64,000 bases of DNA from a virus: positions 1-64,000 of IMG/VR virus record IMGVR_UViG_3300025010_000007. One strand, 5' to 3'. The position numbers were made by a program, and so were the translations under genes. The notes under the pieces were generated by a model, which did no database searches, had not been told where the DNA came from, and saw only the letters and a program-made list of their open reading frames with translations. Below, in pieces: positions 58,817 to 64,000 of the stretch (position 1 is its first letter; the number at the start of each line of letters is the position of its first letter).

Positions 58817-59308
58817 TTATCCGTTTGCTATATCTAACTCAATAACCATGTCAATCGCCTTTTCTAAGCATTTGCATGGATTTTTATAAATCTCACTTCC
58901 GGTAAATCTAGCTATCAACCAACCTTGGGATTGTAAATATCGATCTTTTTTCTTATCCCTTCTAGCCTGTTTTTCAGTTCTCTCGTGATAGTCATGACCA
59001 TCACATTCAATAGCCAGTTTGTATGAATTACTTCCAAGTTCTAAAAATAAAGCTATATCAATCCTGTAGACACCTACTTTGTATTGCGGGCAAAAACGAT
59101 CAAATGGCTTTCCATTATTAATCCCATCACGCATACCAATGGCAAATATTTCAGCTATCATTAATTGCTCAATTGGTGATTCGCAAGCATTAGCACAGTG
59201 GTAAAAATAATCATCAGTATGTTTTATGGATTCTTTCTTGCGTTTTTCGTAATAATTAAGTATGTTATTTTGTATGTTTGAAGGATCTATATTGGGTTTA
59301 TATGTCAT
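58817..59308 (-). CDS. DUF559-like endonuclease-fold protein
   Basis: ESPIE..YRIDIA..IECDGHDYH..RFTGSEI. Confidence 0.8.
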   Translation of the reverse strand: MTYKPNIDPSNIQNNILNYYEKRKKESIKHTDDYFYHCANACESPIEQLMIAEIFAIGMRDGINNGKPFDRFCPQYKVGVYRIDIALFLELGSNSYKLAIECDGHDYHERTEKQARRDKKKDRYLQSQGWLIARFTGSEIYKNPCKCLEKAIDMVIELDIANG

Positions 59309-59391
59309 AAATATCCCTCTTTAAAAGAAAGTTTCCCCGGAACCGGCTGCCACACCGGTCCCGGATATATAGGAGGTTTAGGCATTATGCC

Positions 59392-59580
59392 TTAAGCTTT
59401 TTCTTCAATCTCCTTGGGTAATATCCCACAAAAACAATGTTTCTGGTATTCAACTATAAGCTTGTCCAACTTTTCCGAAGTCTCTAAAAGCCTCTCCGGT
59501 GGGCAGCTATAGAGCTTATTTCTCAGTCGCTCAATTTTAATCCTAAGCTTGGCTTTTTCTCTTTCGTCTATTATTGCCAC
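59392..59580 (-). CDS. Spo0E-family aspartyl-phosphate phosphatase-like protein
   Basis: LRIKIERLRNKL..LETSEKLDKLIVEYQK resembles the SQELD motif helix pair. Confidence 0.75.
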   Translation of the reverse strand: MAIIDEREKAKLRIKIERLRNKLYSCPPERLLETSEKLDKLIVEYQKHCFCGILPKEIEEKA

Positions 59581-59584
59581 CTAC

Positions 59585-59933
59585 TTAAAGTTCGTACTTA
59601 TCAAGCAACGTACCGCAAAAACACTGACCTTTACGTATCTTCTTATGCCTTGCACCAGCACTACACGATTTATCCCCGTTGCCTCCGCGAGTACATTCAG
59701 CACAATCAACATACAGTTTTCCTCTTGAATCTTTTCCGCTACTCTTAGGCTTTACCGCCATTGCGCACACCTCCATGACTCTTCTTAAACTGCCTATCGC
59801 GCCAGTTAACCTTTATCTCAACGGTTATTTTGTGGCAGCACCCTGGGCACTCATAATCCTGCTTGCCGTCTTCCGGTGCCATAACCACTGAGATGTGACA
59901 TTCACACTTCGGGCAGAAATATCTAATTTCCAA
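59585..59933 (-). other. Two small Cys-rich genes (59585, 59745)
   Basis: CxxC motifs; coupled. Confidence 0.55.
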
Positions 59934-59947
59934 CTACTTCACCACCA

Positions 59948-60703
59948 TCACTCTGGTTCATGTATCGGCATTGCTGTAGCCGTTATCCTATCGCTCTTAA
60001 AAATTATAGGAGTTAAGCCGCCTTTGCAGCATATATCAAATACCTCATCCCCCATGACCATAAGAGCGGTATCAAGATACTCTTTATTAACTGTCATGCG
60101 AGCTTTAGCAGTATTCAACTTTACCGCATAATCTAGCTTCCCAGAAGGATATACTTGTACTAAATCGGTTAATGTACCGGCAGTGCAGTCGCTAACTATT
60201 AACTCAGTGTCCGCCATTACTTCTAGGAGTTTTTTGATATTGATGGCCGATACTTTGCGATCAACATGTTCCTCAAATCCACTCCTGGCGTCCCATTTTA
60301 TGCGAGTATTTTTAAGATTGTCCGGTATGCAGTCAGACTTTATAATTACTGCTATCTGACCACCATTACAGGCTATTAACTCGTTTTCTGTAAGGTTGAT
60401 ATAATAGAACGATGCAGGTAAATCATCTTCTTTAGCCGCAAAATACGACGCTCTAATAAAGTCATTAGTAAACGGATCGTCTGTGAATACGTTAATATCT
60501 TTAACCCTGGACTGCAAAAGCTGCTTTTTAATGTCATAAATCCTTAAGTCCAAGGTATCCATTCTTCTTTCGACGTTATCCCTTTCTTCTGTCACATCAA
60601 ATATTTGCTCATCCAACTCATCATAGCGACTAGACAATACTGCACGTTCCTTAGTTAACTTAATGAGTTTTTGGTCTAGCTCTAAATTGTTCATATTAAA
60701 CAC
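59948..60703 (-). CDS. Coiled coil plus sliding-clamp-like domain protein
   Basis: LIACNG..VNKEYLDTAL..LTPIIF..AMPI resembles beta-clamp domains. Confidence 0.5.
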   Translation of the reverse strand: MFNMNNLELDQKLIKLTKERAVLSSRYDELDEQIFDVTEERDNVERRMDTLDLRIYDIKKQLLQSRVKDINVFTDDPFTNDFIRASYFAAKEDDLPASFYYINLTENELIACNGGQIAVIIKSDCIPDNLKNTRIKWDARSGFEEHVDRKVSAINIKKLLEVMADTELIVSDCTAGTLTDLVQVYPSGKLDYAVKLNTAKARMTVNKEYLDTALMVMGDEVFDICCKGGLTPIIFKSDRITATAMPIHEPE

Positions 60704-60841
60704 CTCACGACCTGTCCTACTACAAACAAAAACGCTACCACAATAACACCGTACCCGATAACCAGATCCCCCGACCTGTCCTTACCCTCCAACCACTCCT
60801 GGGTTCGTGTTACTACCCGCTCAAGATATTTAACTAACTGC

Positions 60842-61390
60842 TTAATTAGGGAGGCTTTCCGATAACTTCTCCTGATCTGTAAACGGCAGTGCATTGCTGT
60901 CATCCTCCTCCCGCTCCAATTCAACATCCTCTAAACCAAATTCCAGGAGAGAAGGCTCGCTATGCTGTTCAATGGCCCTAGCAATCTTCCGCACGTCTTC
61001 CGACCACAAGCCATGCCGACGTACTGCCGCAGCAAAATCCTCTATGTCATGGCTTACCTCGTACCATATCGGATTTCCGTCTTTGTCATCGTCGGCCTTT
61101 CTCCCGCAGTGGCTGAGTTCGTGGTCTATTAGTGCTGTCTTCTGGTGCTGCTCCAATAAACGCCACACTTTACTGTTAATCACGACACAGAAGTCATAGT
61201 CGGTGAGGTGCCTTTCCCGTGCGGTCACCTTTAGAGCTCTGCCCCAGGTAGTGCGGTCTTTGCTTGACCACGGCCCTTCCCGAAAAAGGTACTTAATTCT
61301 AGCCTCTACCAAGTGCCCATGATGTTTACCTATGCACTTTCGCGCAATCATTTCAACCTCATAAGCATCATCAAACTCAATTAATGCCAT
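60842..61390 (-). CDS. Putative phage metallopeptidase
   Basis: ALIDHELSH..HDIEDF..RRHG. Confidence 0.8.
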   Translation of the reverse strand: MALIEFDDAYEVEMIARKCIGKHHGHLVEARIKYLFREGPWSSKDRTTWGRALKVTARERHLTDYDFCVVINSKVWRLLEQHQKTALIDHELSHCGRKADDDKDGNPIWYEVSHDIEDFAAAVRRHGLWSEDVRKIARAIEQHSEPSLLEFGLEDVELEREEDDSNALPFTDQEKLSESLPN

Positions 61391-61505
61391 TCTCAACTCA
61401 CCTTCTTGCGATTGTTTTTCGTGGGCGCCGCGTTCATCTTCTGAAGCGCCTTATCTACCGAATATCCAGTAATAATGCTCAAATATAGCGCAAGATAATT
61501 AGCTT

Positions 61506-61892
61506 TCACCGAGCCACCTTCTTTAGCCCATCAGTTATCCGTGCCATCATGTTGGTGTCATGGTCAATAAGTAGTTGTTTTATCTCTCCGCTCCTCAACT
61601 CAACACCAATAGAGCAGTTATTTTCAAGCATCAGTCTATTTACCGCATTTGAAACTCTAGTTAGCTTTTCCTTAGCTGCGTCAGTCTTCCTGTGCTCATC
61701 TTGAGTGTCTATATTGAATTGCTTGATAACATCCTTGACGGCTTTAATTAGCTGCTCACGACTAAGCTTCGCATAACCTTTGACCTTATTCTTCCGACAG
61801 CACTTCCGCAAATCGGTTAATGTCCAATCATCAACGGAAGGTATATTTAAAACGATTTCCTTCGTTGCAATTTCTGTCATAAATATTTTCAC
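61506..61892 (-). CDS. Protein with Rho-N-terminal-like helical domain
   Basis: TLTDLRKCCRKNKVKGYAKLSREQLI. Confidence 0.6.
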   Translation of the reverse strand: MKIFMTEIATKEIVLNIPSVDDWTLTDLRKCCRKNKVKGYAKLSREQLIKAVKDVIKQFNIDTQDEHRKTDAAKEKLTRVSNAVNRLMLENNCSIGVELRSGEIKQLLIDHDTNMMARITDGLKKVAR

Positions 61893-61903
61893 CTCGCAAT
61901 TAA

Positions 61904-62863
61904 CTAACTGACTATATCCTCCCAGCCAACACCGATGTAATCAAGTACGGCACCCCAACCCATTTTGTACATCCAAAAATTCCACTCTGCCGGACTGTCC
62001 TCTCTAAGCCTATCGAACCTATGGGGTCTCTTTTCCATATGAATACCAAACCCGCACATGGTGCATCCGGTACGCTTCGCCCTGGTAGTGTCCAAAGTCC
62101 CGTCAGGCAACCTAACTATTTCTCCGTATATCTCAGGTACCTGAACCCGCAGGTCAAGCGATAACTGCAGTAAATCGGTTTTTGAGAATATCGCAAACGG
62201 GCAACTTCGACTAACTGTTTTTCCGTAGTAGTTGCATCCATGAGCAACAAGCGCTTTAGCCCGTCGCCCCCCCTCAGAGGCCATGAGTCCCATATAGACG
62301 TATGATTTATTTTCCCTCGCAAACCTGTCGCAAGGCTTTTCCTTCATGTGGTAGCAGCAGTCGGCACTTACTTTAAAAGGCGCCTCCTGCTCTGCAAACA
62401 GCTTTAGCCACTTCTGAGGTAGTTTCATGTATGAGGAATACTTAAATCCTCCCTGCGCCCCTGTCTGGCCTGTCAGAATCGCATGTCTGACGGTAGCGTT
62501 CTTTTCTGTCGGGTTTTGTAGTAGCTTTATTTTGTCGGCAACAGCCTTACTTATGACCGGGTACCCGTGTTCCTTTAGAACCTGAGTTTTAGTCTTGCAC
62601 GGCTTCAGCAGGACCATGTTATCCATGTTTTTGTGTATCCGCTGAATGCTCCGGTCCTCCAGAGCGGATACGGAAACGCCGACAATATCTTTATTAACGA
62701 ATTCTCTAAGAAAGGCAAGCAGCGTGATGCTGTCCAATCCCCCGACACTACAGAAAACTTTTCCGTCCATCTTCTCGTAAAACTCACGACCTATAAGCTT
62801 TGCGTGATCTACTTTTAGTTCGTAAGGCAATGTCTGTCTGAACATAAATTCTTGTGGAGTCAT
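61904..62863 (-). CDS. PAPS-reductase-like (PP-loop) protein with Fe-S-type cysteines
   Basis: SVGGLDS, CCYHMKEKP, RTGCTMCGFG. Confidence 0.85.
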   Translation of the reverse strand: MTPQEFMFRQTLPYELKVDHAKLIGREFYEKMDGKVFCSVGGLDSITLLAFLREFVNKDIVGVSVSALEDRSIQRIHKNMDNMVLLKPCKTKTQVLKEHGYPVISKAVADKIKLLQNPTEKNATVRHAILTGQTGAQGGFKYSSYMKLPQKWLKLFAEQEAPFKVSADCCYHMKEKPCDRFARENKSYVYMGLMASEGGRRAKALVAHGCNYYGKTVSRSCPFAIFSKTDLLQLSLDLRVQVPEIYGEIVRLPDGTLDTTRAKRTGCTMCGFGIHMEKRPHRFDRLREDSPAEWNFWMYKMGWGAVLDYIGVGWEDIVS

Positions 62864-62930
62864 AACATGTACTCCTTTCGCATATGAATAATTAGAGGAA
62901 GATTGTTCCAGTGCAGGAGATTAAAAAAAA

Positions 62931-63304
62931 TTAATCATCTCTACATTTACACCTAGGACATTGCTTAACCGTAAATGATCCGAAACTAGGTTCTCGGTCA
63001 TGGTCAAAATAGATGTGTTTTATGCGATAATAAGTAGCTCTTTTCGGTATTACCTCTCCACAAAAGTCACATAAATGATCTTTTCTGCTCCTTGGAATAC
63101 GTTTAACTGACTTACGATCCACTAAACCACCTTATTTCTTACCGCACCGAATACCCACCGGGCAACCACGGCATTTTTTCTTGCCGATATACGCCCTTCA
63201 CGGTATCCAGTGCAGTATATTTCTTTCTCATGCTTTCCGATGGGAGGCAGTTTTGGCCTACCCAGGAATCCAGCGTTAAAACCGCTCTGATATGGATTTT
63301 CCAA
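62931..63304 (-). other. Two small hypothetical genes (62931, 63122)
   Basis: Coupled ORFs; CDFC..CPRC. Confidence 0.55.
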
Positions 63305-63395
63305 TGTTCTGCCTCCCCTTGTGTATTTTTTAAAACGACTGTATAATTATCCAGAGTGTTTATTTTTGCGGCGGGAGTTCTGGCTCCCGTCTTTC

Positions 63396-64000
63396 TTATG
63401 TAATCATCACCTTGCTTCCACCCTCTCCGGTATCAATAACCTCAATCACCTGTGGGAACCTGGCTTTCAGAGAAGGATCGTGACTTATTGCAATCACCTT
63501 CATATTACTATTTACAGCAGAGATAACTTCTAGGGCATCACAGTAAGCGTCAATTGCATCTGCACTTAAAAATGGTGGTTCGTCCAAAAAGAGCATTCCT
63601 AACTGAATACCTGCCCGCTGCGCCTTTAGTGCTGCTATTGCAAATGCCATACTAAGCGCTGAACTAACCTTCTGCCCACCTGAACGTGACAAATACGGCA
63701 GACTACCGCGAATATAGTCGATGATCTTTATATCCAGAGTATTAACTTCACGTTTATTAGACTTCTGGATTCTCTCGGTTTCAATAACAAGCGACATCTT
63801 ACCGCCCGTCATCTGCCCTAGAATATCGTTAGCCTTCGCGCTTAACTCCGCAACAACCGACCGGATAACGGCAAACGGTACTCCATCCTGTCCAAACGCC
63901 TTCGCAAGCACCTGATACTGCACAAGTAGCTTAGCTTTGGGTTCCATATCCTTGGCTAACTCCGCACGTTCAAACTCTAACTTTTCGAGTACTTCGAGTT
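63396..64000 (-). CDS. SbcC/Rad50-like ATPase, C-terminal part (runs off window)
   Basis: RSGGQ signature, LFLDEP Walker B, IAISH; frame open to the window edge. Confidence 0.88.
   Translation of the reverse strand, partial: LEVLEKLEFERAELAKDMEPKAKLLVQYQVLAKAFGQDGVPFAVIRSVVAELSAKANDILGQMTGGKMSLVIETERIQKSNKREVNTLDIKIIDYIRGSLPYLSRSGGQKVSSALSMAFAIAALKAQRAGIQLGMLFLDEPPFLSADAIDAYCDALEVISAVNSNMKVIAISHDPSLKARFPQVIEVIDTGEGGSKVMIT

Larger units (their letters stand above)
1..64000. mobile_element. Temperate contractile-tailed phage/prophage genome segment (ends not in window)
   Basis: Colinear replication, packaging, head, sheath/tube/baseplate, fibre and lysis modules; no host housekeeping genes seen. 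Confidence 0.95.

Noticed and set aside
1-64000. Integrase, CI repressor, att sites, tRNA/rRNA, parA
   Set aside because: None recognisable; probably outside the window, so integrated versus plasmid-like state cannot be decided

Overview
The window is most of a temperate, contractile-tailed (myovirus-like) phage or prophage genome from a spore-forming Firmicute, probably Clostridia, judged from the RBS style, a Spo0E-like gene and sigma-H-like promoters. No integrase, repressor or att site is visible. Read right to left on the minus strand, the modules are: recombination/replication (SbcC-like, DnaD-type initiator with iterons, DnaB), C5 methyltransferase, a large Spo0J-like ParB, RusA, an Xpf-like late regulator, terminases, a portal-MuF fusion with an intein, a protease-scaffold-capsid polyprotein, neck, sheath, tube, a 6 kb cargo island, tape measure, baseplate, a diversity-generating retroelement (target, avd, TR, RT), tail fibre and lysis genes. 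An oppositely oriented operon (2041-9002) encodes an SNF2 helicase, IbrA-like PAPS reductase, GNAT, IbrB-like ParB and an RHH protein, and contains a twister ribozyme. The most striking observation is five copies of a palindrome, TATTYCAYGTGRAATA, that is a hybrid of chromosomal parS and the Noc-binding site. The phage ParB carries the matching hybrid set of specificity residues (Q132/R138/E143/G160), and one site lies inside its own gene. This suggests a private, phage-encoded centromere-like system. Family assignments come from recognised motifs, not database searches.
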